Part shown: positions 35,911-46,597 of the stretch, in pieces | Position numbering within the stretch: position 1 is the first letter of the stretch | Layout: each line of letters begins with the position of its first letter | Assembly: GCA_017520635.1 (NCBI GenBank) | Contig: JAFXFI010000004.1 | Location: 14,857-78,856 of the forward strand | Direction of reading: 5' to 3' | DNA from: Clostridia bacterium | GTDB taxonomy: Bacteria; Bacillota; Clostridia; Oscillospirales; Acutalibacteraceae | DNA length: 64,000 bases | Position numbers and translations under genes: made by a program | Notes under the pieces: model-generated | Databases searched by the model: none | Told to the model about the DNA's origin: nothing | The model's input: the letters and a program-made list of their open reading frames with translations, nothing else

Positions 35911-37413
35911 ATGGAAAAGTATATTCTCTCCCTTGACCAGGGAACAACAAGTTCAAGGGCTGTTGTCTTTGATAAGTTTGGCAGAATTGCAGCAAAATCG
36001 CAGAAAGAATTTAATCAGATTTATCCTGATTCAGGTTGGGTAGAGCATGACCCTATGGAAATTCTTTACAGTCAGTTCAACTCGATCACTCAGCTTTTTG
36101 CTCAGTCTGATATTGATGCATCTCAGATTGCTGCAATCGGTATTACAAATCAGCGTGAAACTACAATTGTCTGGGATAAAAATACAGGCAAACCTGTTTA
36201 TAACGCTATTGTCTGGCAGTGCAGAAGAACTGCAAAAATGTGTGAAGAATTAAAGGCTCGCGGACTTGAAGATTATGTGAAAGAAAAAACAGGTCTTCTT
36301 ATAGACGCATATTTCTCAGGAACAAAAATCAAATGGATTCTCGATAATGTTCCCGGCACAAGAGAAGCTGCAGAAAAAGGCGATCTTCTTTTCGGTACAG
36401 TTGATACATGGCTTATCTGGAAGCTGACAGGCGTTCACGTTACTGACTATTCAAACGCTTCAAGAACAATGCTTTTTGATGTTGATAAGCTTTGCTGGGA
36501 TGAAAAGCTCTGCAAGGAGCTTGAAGTTCCAATGTGCATGTTGCCTGAAGTGAGACCTTCAAGTGAAATTTACGGTTATGTTTCAGAGGGAATTTTAGGT
36601 CTTGAAGATTTAGCAGGTGTTCCCGTTGCAAGTTCAATCGGTGACCAGCCTGCGGCGCTTTACGGTCAGGCTTGTTTCAGTAAAGGCCAGGCTAAAAATA
36701 CTTACGGTACAGGTTGTTTCCTTCTCATGAACACGGGAGATACGAGAGTACGTTCAAAAAATAATCTTGTTTCAGGTGTTGCATGGGGAATCGGTGATAA
36801 AGTTACATATTCTATTGAGGGTAGTGCATTCAATGCAGGTTCAGTTATCAAATGGCTTCGTGATGAAGTAAGACTTATTGATACGGCACCCCGTGTTGAC
36901 GAACTTGCAGAAAGCGTTGACAATGCAAACGGAGTTTATTTTGTTCCTGCTTTCACAGGTCTTGGTGCTCCCTATTGGGATATGTATGCAAGAGGCTGTA
37001 TGATGGGTCTTACACGTGGTGCCAACAGAGCACATATTGCACGTGCCTGTCTTGAAAGTATTGCTTTTCAGATGACAGATTTACTTGAAGCAATGAACGC
37101 AGACTCAGGTATTGAGCTTTCATCTCTCAGAGTTGACGGCGGTGCATCTGTAAGTAATATTATGATGCAGATTCAGTCGGATATGATAAGAACGCCTGTT
37201 GACCGACCCAAAATGGTTGAAACAACTGCTCTCGGTGCTGCATTCCTTGCAGGTCTTGCAGTAGGCTTCTGGAAGGATGAAACAGAGCTTTCATCTCTCA
37301 GAGAGGTTGACAGAATATTTACTCCTGAAATGGATATGGAAAGCCGTGATAAATTATATTCAGGCTGGAAAAAAGCGGTTAAACGCTCCATGGATTGGGA
37401 AGAACATGAATAA
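35911..37413 (+). CDS. glpK: Glycerol kinase
   Basis: 500 aa. [32 protein letters not shown] and the C-terminal [16 protein letters not shown] are canonical GlpK segments. Confidence 0.95.
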   Translation: MEKYILSLDQGTTSSRAVVFDKFGRIAAKSQKEFNQIYPDSGWVEHDPMEILYSQFNSITQLFAQSDIDASQIAAIGITNQRETTIVWDKNTGKPVYNAIVWQCRRTAKMCEELKARGLEDYVKEKTGLLIDAYFSGTKIKWILDNVPGTREAAEKGDLLFGTVDTWLIWKLTGVHVTDYSNASRTMLFDVDKLCWDEKLCKELEVPMCMLPEVRPSSEIYGYVSEGILGLEDLAGVPVASSIGDQPAALYGQACFSKGQAKNTYGTGCFLLMNTGDTRVRSKNNLVSGVAWGIGDKVTYSIEGSAFNAGSVIKWLRDEVRLIDTAPRVDELAESVDNANGVYFVPAFTGLGAPYWDMYARGCMMGLTRGANRAHIARACLESIAFQMTDLLEAMNADSGIELSSLRVDGGASVSNIMMQIQSDMIRTPVDRPKMVETTALGAAFLAGLAVGFWKDETELSSLREVDRIFTPEMDMESRDKLYSGWKKAVKRSMDWEEHE

Positions 37414-37440
37414 GGAAAATATTTAAAGGAGATATAAAAC

Positions 37441-38550
37441 ATGGGAAAAGTAATTCTTGATTGGAAAACAGCAGAAGCATTTATTACTGATGCTTTCGTA
37501 GGTGCAGGTGTTCCCCGTGAGGATGCAGAAATCTGTACAGACATTCTTCTTGAATCAGACAGAAGAGGTATTGAATCACACGGTTGTAACAGATTCAAGC
37601 CTATCTATATTGACAGAATTAACTGGGGTATTCAGAATCCCGTAACAAACTTTGAAATTATCAAAGAAACACCTACAACTGCAGTTGTTGACGGTCACGA
37701 CGGTATGGGACAGGTTATCGGTCACAAGGCTATGTCACTTGCTATCAAAAAGGCTAAAGAATATGGTATGGGAATGGTTGTTGTACGTAATTCATGTCAC
37801 TACGGTATTGCAGGCTATTACACAACAATGGCAACTAAAGCAGGTTGTATCGGTATGACAGGTACAAACGCACGTCCCTCAGTTGCACCAACTCACGGTG
37901 TTGAAGGTATGTTCGGTACAAACCCCTTCACAATCGGTGTTCCTACAGATGAAGAATTCGATTTCAACTTTGACTGTGCAACGTCAATTACACAGAACGG
38001 TAAAGTTGAATATTACGAAAGAATTGGTGAAGAGGTTCACCCCGGTACAATTATCGGTCTTGACGGTGAGCCTGTTGAAGGAGATGCAGGAGTAGCACTC
38101 AAGAAAATCCGTAATGGTACAGCAGCACTTACAACTCTCGGCGGTATCGGTGAAGCTCTGGGCGGTTACAAAGGCTATGGATTTGCACTTGCAGTTGAAT
38201 TCTTCTCATCAGTTCTTCAGGATGGTGACTACGGTAAATCACTTGACGGTGTAGGCGAAAATGGAGAAAAAGTTCCCTATCATCTCGGTCATTTCTTCAT
38301 TGCAATTGATACAGACCACTTCCTTGGTGAAGAACTCTGCAGAAAGAAAGCAGGAGATATTATCCGTACAATCCGTGCTTCAAAGAAAGTGCCCGGTCAG
38401 GACAGAATCTATACTGCAGGTGAAAAGGAATACGAAATCTGGCAGCAGAGAAAAGATTCAGGTGTGCCGATTAACGAATCAGTTCAGAAAGAAATGTCAA
38501 AAGTCCGTGACGATTTAGGTCTCGACTACAAATTCCCCTGGGAGGACTAA
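37441..38550 (+). CDS. Ldh_2-family (malate/L-lactate/ureidoglycolate dehydrogenase type 2) oxidoreductase
   Basis: 369 aa. RGIESHGCNRFKPIYIDRI and NSCHYGIAGYY are typical of the Ldh_2 family. Confidence 0.7.
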   Translation: MGKVILDWKTAEAFITDAFVGAGVPREDAEICTDILLESDRRGIESHGCNRFKPIYIDRINWGIQNPVTNFEIIKETPTTAVVDGHDGMGQVIGHKAMSLAIKKAKEYGMGMVVVRNSCHYGIAGYYTTMATKAGCIGMTGTNARPSVAPTHGVEGMFGTNPFTIGVPTDEEFDFNFDCATSITQNGKVEYYERIGEEVHPGTIIGLDGEPVEGDAGVALKKIRNGTAALTTLGGIGEALGGYKGYGFALAVEFFSSVLQDGDYGKSLDGVGENGEKVPYHLGHFFIAIDTDHFLGEELCRKKAGDIIRTIRASKKVPGQDRIYTAGEKEYEIWQQRKDSGVPINESVQKEMSKVRDDLGLDYKFPWED

Positions 38551-38555
38551 TTACA

Positions 38556-39734
38556 ATGGATTACGCAAAAAAAGCCCTTGAATGTCATTACGAGTGGCAG
38601 GGCAAAATTGAAGTAAATGCAAGAGCAAAAGTGAATGACAAGGAGTCTCTCTCACTTGCATACACTCCCGGTGTTGCACAGCCTTGCCTTGAAATAAATA
38701 AAGATTATTTGAAAAGCTATGAGCTTACACGCCGTCACAACCTTGTTGCGGTTATCACAGACGGTACTGCAGTTTTAGGTCTCGGTGATATCGGACCTGA
38801 AGCGGGTATGCCCGTTATGGAAGGTAAATGCGTTCTTTTCAAAGAATTTGCAGGAGTTGATGCATTCCCTCTCTGCATCCGTTCAAAGGATGTTGATGAA
38901 ATTGTTAACACAATTGCACTTCTTGCAGGTTCATTCGGCGGTATAAACCTTGAAGATATCGCAGCACCCCGTTGCTTCGAAATTGAAAGAAAACTGAAAG
39001 AAAGAGAAGATGTTGATATTCCCGTTTTTCACGATGACCAGCACGGTACTGCTATTGTCTGCTCAGCGGCACTTATGAATGCACTTAAATGTGTAGGCAA
39101 AAAAATTGAAGATGCAACTGTTGTTATTAACGGTGCAGGTTCAGCTGGTATTGCAATCGGAAAGCTTTTCCTTCAGCTCGGAATCGGAAAACTTATCATG
39201 TGCGACCGTTTCGGTATTGTGTGTAAAGGAAAAGAGGGCATGACTTCTGCACAGGAAGAAATGGCTGAAATTTCAAACAAAGATAACATTGACGGCACAC
39301 TTGCAGATGCACTCAAAGGTGCAGACGTTCTTGTTGGTGTTTCAGCACCTGGATGTGTTTCTCAGGATATGATTAAATCAATGGCAAAGGATGCAATTGT
39401 TATGGCAATGGCAAATCCTGTTCCTGAAATTATGCCTGATGAAGCAAAGGCTGCCGGTGCTGCAGTTGTCGGTACAGGCAGAAGCGACTATCCTAACCAG
39501 ATTAACAATGTTCTTGCATTCCCCGGAATTTTCCGCGGTGCACTCGATGTAAGAGCAAGTGACATCAACGAAGAAATGAAAATTGCCGCAGCAAAGGCAA
39601 TTGCTTCTCTCGTTTCAGATGAAGAGCTTTGTCCTGAATATATTATTCCCAAAGCGTTTGATGAAAGAGTGGGCAAAACTGTTGCTGCCGCAGTTGCAGA
39701 AGCAGCGCGTCAGACAGGCGTAGCTCGTATCTGA
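38556..39734 (+). CDS. NAD(P)-dependent malic enzyme (short, MaeB N-terminal type)
   Basis: 392 aa. It has LSLAYTPGVA, VITDGTAVLGLGDIGP, FGGINLEDI, HDDQHGTAIV and NGAGSAG motifs. Confidence 0.9.
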   Translation: MDYAKKALECHYEWQGKIEVNARAKVNDKESLSLAYTPGVAQPCLEINKDYLKSYELTRRHNLVAVITDGTAVLGLGDIGPEAGMPVMEGKCVLFKEFAGVDAFPLCIRSKDVDEIVNTIALLAGSFGGINLEDIAAPRCFEIERKLKEREDVDIPVFHDDQHGTAIVCSAALMNALKCVGKKIEDATVVINGAGSAGIAIGKLFLQLGIGKLIMCDRFGIVCKGKEGMTSAQEEMAEISNKDNIDGTLADALKGADVLVGVSAPGCVSQDMIKSMAKDAIVMAMANPVPEIMPDEAKAAGAAVVGTGRSDYPNQINNVLAFPGIFRGALDVRASDINEEMKIAAAKAIASLVSDEELCPEYIIPKAFDERVGKTVAAAVAEAARQTGVARI

Positions 39735-39748
39735 CTTAAAATGTGTTT

Positions 39749-40162
39749 ATGAAAAGATTGGATTTTCTGCAGTCGATAGTAAGACTTTTTTCGTTTAAAA
39801 CAATTGCAGATGACTGTGGCAATGAATATGTTGTTTTCGGTGACAGTGGAATTACAATGTCAGACCTAAAAAACATATCAGACAGAACTGAATTTGAAGC
39901 ACTTGAAAATCATGTTCATCTGCTTGATAAGATAACGAAAAAAGAGTTTGAAATTTCAGATGAGATTTCAAAAGTTTTAGGAACAACAGTCCTGAATTGT
40001 TTAAGACAAAAATATTCTGATAAGCATTTTTTCGTTTATGTTTCAGTTGATCTGAAAGATTCTATGATTATCCGTTTCCATCAGAAATGGGAAAACGAAG
40101 AGCCGTACTATAACTCTGATGATTTCGGAAAAAATACAAAGCTGTTCATGTTTTACGAATAA
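39749..40162 (+). CDS. Hypothetical cytoplasmic protein
   Basis: An ORF with coding-like composition and no motif I recognise. ATG at 39749 lies in frame with the track start, GTG at 39743. Confidence 0.35.
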   Translation: MKRLDFLQSIVRLFSFKTIADDCGNEYVVFGDSGITMSDLKNISDRTEFEALENHVHLLDKITKKEFEISDEISKVLGTTVLNCLRQKYSDKHFFVYVSVDLKDSMIIRFHQKWENEEPYYNSDDFGKNTKLFMFYE

Positions 40163-40173
40163 TGCAAAAATTT

Positions 40174-40205
40174 ACTCCCTGAGAACATTAAAATTCTCAG
40201 GGAGT
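40174..40205. terminator. Bidirectional intrinsic terminator between convergent genes
   Basis: The 12 bp stem actccctgagaa/ttctcagggagt is flanked by A/T runs. Confidence 0.7.
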
Positions 40206-40209
40206 TTCT

Positions 40210-40473
40210 TTATCTCATTATGAAATATAAAAGGACAATCTGCACTATCAGAATTGCAGGTATTCCGAATTTAAATGCGGGTTTCTTTGTCTTGTGTCTG
40301 AAAGTGTACATTCCGAGTATTGCGCCCACAGAACCGCCGATAATTGACAACAGAAACAATACCTTTTCAGGGGTTCTCCGTTTGTCTTTAACGGCTTTCA
40401 GTTTATCAATTCCGAAAACTGCAAATGTGATTATACTGATAAGTGCAACATAAATTATAAAAATCTTTTCCAT
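40210..40473 (-). CDS. DUF1294-family small membrane protein
   Basis: 87 aa. FGIDKLKA...RRTPEKVLFLLSIIGGSVGAILGMYTFRHKTKKPAFKF matches the DUF1294 pattern as I recall it. Confidence 0.6.
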   Translation of the reverse strand: MEKIFIIYVALISIITFAVFGIDKLKAVKDKRRTPEKVLFLLSIIGGSVGAILGMYTFRHKTKKPAFKFGIPAILIVQIVLLYFIMR

Positions 40474-43022
40474 TACTGTTTCACTTCAAATTTGTATTCT
40501 GTGAAAGGATCTTTTGCTTCGTAAACAAAGCTGAATGAATATGTACCGTCATCATTGTAGTAAACAGAATATCCGTCATATCCGTTTGAAGAAGCAAGGC
40601 TTACTTTTTCACCGTTCATAAAAATTTCGGGACATTCAAGACCTGCAAAGCCGTCAATTCTTACTGCGATATTATTTCTGCCACCTTTGATTGAGAATTC
40701 AGCCTCATTATTTTCTGCAATAACTGTAGGAACGAATTTGTCTTCTTTTACTGAGCCTTTACTTGCAGCAACTGTAACGGGATTAAGGGCACTGTCCTCA
40801 CGGACTGTAAGCACCTGAGCATCAGTTTCTTCATAGCCTACGCCCCAGGGAAGAAGAACGAGAGTCAGTTTGATTGAGTCGCCTGATTTGAAAGAAACTT
40901 TTTTTGCGTCAAGAGTGAGAGCTCCTTCAGATTCTTCAGTCGTTGATTCTTCTCTGAAAGCAAGGGGGATATCAGCTTTTTCACCACCGATAATTATTTC
41001 ACTGTCACGTACAATAAGTCCGAAGTTACAAGCAAAACGTGCTTCAATCTCATGCTCTGCATCTTTTGACACATCAAAGAAACTGAAATAAGGTGAGTCT
41101 GAACCGAGAGTGTAATATTTCTTTGCTATAGTTTTTTCAACATCTGTTACGACAATATTATTGTTTTCGTCAAGATAACCTGCTTTGTCAAATTTTGCTG
41201 ACCTGCCGTTAAAATTGAAAAGGTCAAAATCTCTTCTGAAGTTTGCAAAATCCACATCTCTGAGGAAGTTGATTTCAACTTCATAGTATGTCCTGTTTTC
41301 ATCTGTCTGTGGGAATTCTACATGACGGAGTGTATATTCATAGGAACCGCAGTCAGAAACAAATCTTTCTTCGATGTCTGAATAAGTCTGACCTACTGAT
41401 GCAATATTCCCGTGCAGATATTCGCTCAGAACAGTTTTCTTATCAAAAATTCCTAAAGCCTTGGGAGTATAATTTACAAATTCGAGAATACCGACTGAGT
41501 TGAACTGAGGCTGTTCAGACCACATGTTACCGCTTCTTGTTCTGAAATCGGGGAGAAGCCAACCGTCTTTATTGCCTACAAAATAAGGTGCAATGCAGTT
41601 CGTTTCGGTTGCACCTGTTGAAAGGTGATAGTAAGAAACGTGGAACTCAATTGATGAAAGCTGTTTGAGAGGGAATTTACCCCAGTTCTGATAAAGGTTT
41701 AAAAGAGTGAAAGAAAGAGTTTCATCTGCTTTAATTGAAACGGGGAAGAAGCTGTCACCGTACTGATAGTCTTTAACGCTGTAGAAAGGTTCACCGCCGT
41801 CACCCTGGAAGTTTTTGCAGACTTCAACATCAATGGGAACAAGTGTATTTGTGTCGTCGAGAATTGCACCTGCTTCAAGGCAACCGTTAGTGCCGAACAT
41901 TCTGATATAAAAAGCTCTGTCTTTATCATCAGATGTGATTGTGATAGGTGCTTTGAACTGCCATTCGGGGTTGTTGTAAGCAGTTGTGAAATCTGTGCCG
42001 TTCATTGTGAACAGATAACAGCCTCTGAGAGCATCATAGCCGAGGAATCTTGCACCTGAATCATTGGCTTCTACAGTAATACCTGAAAGAGGATTTCTTT
42101 CAAGATACGCTTCTTTTTCAATTCCCTCAAAGGAATGGGTTTTGTCTGTGTAAATTCTTGTACCGAAAGTTACGTTGTTGAGAGGTGATGTGCCTGTTTC
42201 GTCATGCTTGTTGATACCTGTACCGGGTGTGTAATTCGCAATGAATTTAAGCACGTAGTAACCGTCTTCAAGAGAAAGTACAGTATTTTTCACAGAGCCG
42301 TCACAAGGTGTAATAAAGCCTACAACACCAACATTTTTAATGTCAAATGCAACATAGTGAAGTGAGGGTGTTTCGCCTGTTGTATCAGGATAAACACCGC
42401 CGTTATCCTTTGCTATGAAGGAAGAAACTTTGTCGGCAGGTATTTTTATGATGCTGCCGAATTCTTTGAGAGACGTTGTTTCTTCACAAGCGAAAAGAGT
42501 TGACTGATTGTAAAGTCTGTCCCCGTAAAGGTGATAAGTTTTGTCAACCTTAAAATCCTTTGATTTTCCGTCAAAATCTCTTACGTGACAATCGTAATAA
42601 TAAAGACCAAGTCTTATTATGTTTACTCTGCCCATATCTGATGAATCGGAAGAATAATATGTTTTACCGTCTGCATCAACAAAATATGTGTCAAAAGAAT
42701 CTGCAATATAGATATTGCCATCAGGGTCTGTGAGAGTTGCAGAGTTTTTCTTTGTGAGAGAGTGAGTTAAAATCATGTTACTGTTTTTAAATTCAAAAGC
42801 AGTTCTCTCAGGGCTTGTGTAATTTGCCTGAGCCTGATTTTTAACTTTGTTTGCAAATTTTATTGACTGAGCCATATTTGTGTGATCATCAATATTATTT
42901 ACAATTTCTGTTTCTTTGTTTTCCTCTTTTGCAATTTCACCGAAATCTCCGTAGCTTACTCCGCAGAAAATAAACTGGAAAAATGCAAGAACGGTTGCAA
43001 GAATTTTTGTGATAGAGTCCAT
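40473..43022 (-). CDS. Large (849 aa) secreted or membrane-anchored protein of unknown function
   Basis: It is a long uninterrupted ORF with an N-terminal hydrophobic segment (ILATVLAFFQFIFCGVSYG). I recognise no catalytic motif. Its stop forms a TAATG overlap with the DUF1294 start. Confidence 0.5.
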   Translation of the reverse strand: MDSITKILATVLAFFQFIFCGVSYGDFGEIAKEENKETEIVNNIDDHTNMAQSIKFANKVKNQAQANYTSPERTAFEFKNSNMILTHSLTKKNSATLTDPDGNIYIADSFDTYFVDADGKTYYSSDSSDMGRVNIIRLGLYYYDCHVRDFDGKSKDFKVDKTYHLYGDRLYNQSTLFACEETTSLKEFGSIIKIPADKVSSFIAKDNGGVYPDTTGETPSLHYVAFDIKNVGVVGFITPCDGSVKNTVLSLEDGYYVLKFIANYTPGTGINKHDETGTSPLNNVTFGTRIYTDKTHSFEGIEKEAYLERNPLSGITVEANDSGARFLGYDALRGCYLFTMNGTDFTTAYNNPEWQFKAPITITSDDKDRAFYIRMFGTNGCLEAGAILDDTNTLVPIDVEVCKNFQGDGGEPFYSVKDYQYGDSFFPVSIKADETLSFTLLNLYQNWGKFPLKQLSSIEFHVSYYHLSTGATETNCIAPYFVGNKDGWLLPDFRTRSGNMWSEQPQFNSVGILEFVNYTPKALGIFDKKTVLSEYLHGNIASVGQTYSDIEERFVSDCGSYEYTLRHVEFPQTDENRTYYEVEINFLRDVDFANFRRDFDLFNFNGRSAKFDKAGYLDENNNIVVTDVEKTIAKKYYTLGSDSPYFSFFDVSKDAEHEIEARFACNFGLIVRDSEIIIGGEKADIPLAFREESTTEESEGALTLDAKKVSFKSGDSIKLTLVLLPWGVGYEETDAQVLTVREDSALNPVTVAASKGSVKEDKFVPTVIAENNEAEFSIKGGRNNIAVRIDGFAGLECPEIFMNGEKVSLASSNGYDGYSVYYNDDGTYSFSFVYEAKDPFTEYKFEVKQ

Positions 43023-43164
43023 AAAAACACCTCTTTCTGTTTTATGGAAATATTTTAATACAATATGGAAGTAATGTCAAACTAAAAGTTGAAAACGGAT
43101 GTAATTATATTGACAGACAAAAATGGTAAATGTATAATTGTTTTACAAAACAAGGAGACGGAAT

Positions 43165-43605
43165 ATGAAAAAGATAATAAAAACATTTTTAAAAATAATT
43201 TTCGCAGTTTTAATAATTTGTATTGTTATTGGTGTAATAGACTTTTTTATGAGTGACGATACATTTCATACTGTTGTGACAGAAATTCATAAAGGTTGTT
43301 ATATTGAATGTCTGGATGATTACATGCAGAGCATTTATTATTATCCTGACGGAGATGAAACAAGAGAGCGAAAATATATTGTTGAAGAATGGGAAGCAGT
43401 TAAAAAATATGCAACAGACGGAAAAGAAGTTGTAGCTTTTCATTGTGTTTACAACATGTCTGATGAAGACGAAAAAAATAAACTTGTAATTTGTAATACA
43501 ACAATAGGAGAGAAGGTTGTGTTTGTCACAGAAGAAGCCTTAACAGAATTTTGCAAGAAAGAAAAGATTATTTTATCTGAATGGAAGAAACCACACTGTG
43601 AGTAA
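43165..43605 (+). CDS. Hypothetical N-terminally anchored small protein
   Basis: ATG at 43165 follows AAGGAGA. The TM segment is FLKIIFAVLIICIVIGVIDFF. No known motif. Confidence 0.4.
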   Translation: MKKIIKTFLKIIFAVLIICIVIGVIDFFMSDDTFHTVVTEIHKGCYIECLDDYMQSIYYYPDGDETRERKYIVEEWEAVKKYATDGKEVVAFHCVYNMSDEDEKNKLVICNTTIGEKVVFVTEEALTEFCKKEKIILSEWKKPHCE

Positions 43606-43614
43606 GGTGATATT

Positions 43615-44076
43615 ATGAAAAAATTTATTATAGCTTTAGTTGCTTTACTTCTCGTTGCAGTAGTGTCGTTTTGTATACATGATGTAATGTTTTATAATGC
43701 ATGGCCTGAGCTTAAAGATTTGCCGAGGTTCAGGAGCAAGGAGATATATTCAGTAGATAATTTTACTGACTGTACAGATTATGCAAAATTTACTTACAGA
43801 AATGTGTCAGATGAAGACCTGGAAAATGCGAAGTCTTTCAAAAAAACAGATAAAGAAAAAATGGATGAAATCCTGAATTACATCACTGAATATAAGTCTT
43901 TTATCAACAACATAAATGGTATGGATGAAGTGAAAAATGCCTATGATTTTGACAAAGCGGTTGTAAATGAGAGTGACTATTACCGTATGATAAAAAATGG
44001 TGATGGCTTTATTATTGCATTGTATTATTTTGATATGGAATCACAAATTCTTTATTATTTTCACTATTGTGCATAA
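43615..44076 (+). CDS. Hypothetical N-terminally anchored small protein
   Basis: It has a signal/anchor sequence, FIIALVALLLVAVVSFCI. No known motif. Confidence 0.4.
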   Translation: MKKFIIALVALLLVAVVSFCIHDVMFYNAWPELKDLPRFRSKEIYSVDNFTDCTDYAKFTYRNVSDEDLENAKSFKKTDKEKMDEILNYITEYKSFINNINGMDEVKNAYDFDKAVVNESDYYRMIKNGDGFIIALYYFDMESQILYYFHYCA

Positions 44077-44148
44077 ATTAACTTGTTTTTCTTTGCTACG
44101 GGTGATACAATAACTGTAACAAATTAAAATTTAAAGAGGTAGATTTAT

Positions 44149-45456
44149 ATGCATAAAAAATTAGCTCCTACTCCTCCTATGGGATGGAACAGCTGGGACT
44201 GTTACGGTGCGGCTGTAAATGAAGAACAATTTCTTGCCAATGCTGATTATATGGCAGAGAATCTTAAGGATTATGGTTGGGAGTACGTTGTCTGTGATAT
44301 TCAGTGGTCAGAGCCTACTGCAGACAGTTTTTACTATCATTATTTTGCTCCCCTTTGCATGGATGAATATTCACGCCTTATTCCCTCAGTTGAACGTTTT
44401 CCCTCATCTGCAGACGGAAAAGGCTTCAAGCCTATTGCCGATTACATACATTCTCTCGGTCTTAAATTCGGTATTCATATTATGAGAGGTATTCCCCGTC
44501 AGGCAGCACATCAGAATACTCCGATCAAGTGCGAAGGTGTTACTGCAAGGGATATTGCACATCCATCATCTATCTGCAAATGGAATCCTGATATGTATGG
44601 TCTTGATACAGACAGAAAAGGTGCTCAGGAATATTACGACTCAATCTTTGAACTTTATGCTTCATGGGGTGTGGATTACATCAAGTGCGATGATATTGCC
44701 AACACAGAAATTTTTCCTCATAATCCCTATTCTGCAAGAAAAGAAATTGAAATGCTGAGAAAAGCCATTGACAAATGCGGAAGAGATATGGTTCTCAGTC
44801 TTTCTCCCGGTCCTGCACCTGTAAGTGAGCACGAACACCTTGCAGCTCATGCAAATCTCTGGAGAATGACAGGTGATTTTTGGGATGAATGGGATAAACT
44901 CCATGCGATGTTTGAGCGTTGTTACGCATGGCAGGAGTATGTTCAGCCGGGGGCCTGGCCTGATTGCGATATGCTGCCAATAGGCAGAATTCAGAAAACT
45001 GAAAAACTTCCCCAATACAGAAACAGATATACACGCTTTACTCACGATGAGCAGATAACAATGATGACTCTCTGGGGTATCTTCCGTTCACCTCTTATGA
45101 TGGGTGGCGAAATGCGTGAAAACGATGAATTCACACTTTCACTTCTTCAGAACAGAGAGCTTATTGATATGCTTAAAAATTCAAGCGGTGCAAGACAGTT
45201 CAAACGTGAAGAAACAGACGGAAAAGGTGAAATTATCTGGACATCCAACGGTGAAAACTGTAAGTATGTTGCTCTTTTCAACACCGATGATGCAGAAAGA
45301 GAAATCAGCTTTGATATTACCGATATTTCAATCGGTGGCGTTAAATACAGCGTGTGGGATATGTGGTCTCACGAAGAATATACAGTAACAGAAGACGTAT
45401 TTTCTGCCAAAGTTAATTCACACGGTGCAAGACTTTTTAAAATAAAAATCAAATAA
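44149..45456 (+). CDS. GH27-type alpha-galactosidase, no signal peptide
   Basis: It has PPMGWNSWDCYG near the N-terminus and a DYIKCDD nucleophile region. 435 aa. Confidence 0.8.
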   Translation: MHKKLAPTPPMGWNSWDCYGAAVNEEQFLANADYMAENLKDYGWEYVVCDIQWSEPTADSFYYHYFAPLCMDEYSRLIPSVERFPSSADGKGFKPIADYIHSLGLKFGIHIMRGIPRQAAHQNTPIKCEGVTARDIAHPSSICKWNPDMYGLDTDRKGAQEYYDSIFELYASWGVDYIKCDDIANTEIFPHNPYSARKEIEMLRKAIDKCGRDMVLSLSPGPAPVSEHEHLAAHANLWRMTGDFWDEWDKLHAMFERCYAWQEYVQPGAWPDCDMLPIGRIQKTEKLPQYRNRYTRFTHDEQITMMTLWGIFRSPLMMGGEMRENDEFTLSLLQNRELIDMLKNSSGARQFKREETDGKGEIIWTSNGENCKYVALFNTDDAEREISFDITDISIGGVKYSVWDMWSHEEYTVTEDVFSAKVNSHGARLFKIKIK

Positions 45457-45473
45457 TACTTTATAAAAGAACA

Positions 45474-45502
45474 AAAATCCTCTCCGTTTCGAGAGGATTT
45501 TT
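45474..45502. terminator. Bidirectional intrinsic terminator between convergent genes
   Basis: The stem aaaatcctctc/gagaggatttt. Confidence 0.7.
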
Positions 45503-45505
45503 CGC

Positions 45506-46597
45506 TTAAATAATTTCGGATAAAATTGTATTGGAAAGAAGAAAGCCTTGTCTTGTGAAATATAAATTTTCTCCGTCAAAATTCATCAGTTTCATGGAAA
45601 TAAATTTCACGGAATTTTTAAGTAATTTTTGAAAATTTTCTTCACCGAATTTTTCTGAAATTTCTTTTCCTGAAACACCTTTTGTAAGCCTTAATTTAAG
45701 CATAGCAAATTCTTCGAAATCTCCACCGTCACCATCAGGAATATATGCGGTTGGATTTTTCAGATATTCTTCAAAATTTCTTTCGTGATAAAATCTTTTT
45801 CCGTCAAGAAAAGAGTGTGCCGCAGGACCGAGTCCTAAATATTCTTCTGAATTCCAATATTTTAAGTTGTGTTTACTTTCAAAATCTTGCTTTGAAAAAT
45901 TTGAAATTTCATACTGATTAAAACCGTTGTTTTCAAGGTAGTCACAGACGAACTCATACATATCGCAGACAGTATCTTCATCAGGAAGAGGAAGTGTATC
46001 GCGTCTTCTGTAAAAAAGCGTGTTTTCTTCAATTTTCAGAATGTACGCACTGATATGTTTTGCCCCTGAATTAATTGCAAAATCAAGCGTTTTACAGAGA
46101 GTTTCAAGTGTCTGTTCGGGCACACCCAACATTACGTCAAGTGAAATATTTTCTATGCCGTATTTATGACAAAGTTCAATTGAGTTTTTTATTTTTTCTC
46201 TGTCTGAATGTCTGCCTAAAAATTTTCTTTCTTCATCAACTGCAGACTGAAGTCCCATGGAAATTCTGTTAACACCTACAGAAGAAAGAACTTTAATTAA
46301 ATCTTCATCACAGCTTGAGGGGTTGACTTCAACCGTAATTTCTCCATCATTGAAACTAAAATTTTTCTTCGCAGCTTCGATGACTTTTTTTAATCTTTCG
46401 TTACCGAAAACAGATGGAGTTCCTCCGCCTAAATAAATTGTATCAGCAGAAATATTTTTATGAAAAAGTATTTCTTTTATAAGTGCTTCAAGATAGAGGT
46501 CTTTCTTTTCTTCTGTCCCTCTCATGGAATAGAAATCACAGTAAGGACATTTTGTCTGACAGAAAGGGATGTGAATGTAAATTCCTTTTTTCATCAT
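45506..46597 (-). CDS. hemW: Radical SAM heme chaperone HemW (coproporphyrinogen III oxidase-like)
   Basis: IYIHIPFCQTKCPYCDF carries the CxxxCxxC motif. The 363 aa length is typical. Confidence 0.85.
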   Translation of the reverse strand: MMKKGIYIHIPFCQTKCPYCDFYSMRGTEEKKDLYLEALIKEILFHKNISADTIYLGGGTPSVFGNERLKKVIEAAKKNFSFNDGEITVEVNPSSCDEDLIKVLSSVGVNRISMGLQSAVDEERKFLGRHSDREKIKNSIELCHKYGIENISLDVMLGVPEQTLETLCKTLDFAINSGAKHISAYILKIEENTLFYRRRDTLPLPDEDTVCDMYEFVCDYLENNGFNQYEISNFSKQDFESKHNLKYWNSEEYLGLGPAAHSFLDGKRFYHERNFEEYLKNPTAYIPDGDGGDFEEFAMLKLRLTKGVSGKEISEKFGEENFQKLLKNSVKFISMKLMNFDGENLYFTRQGFLLSNTILSEII

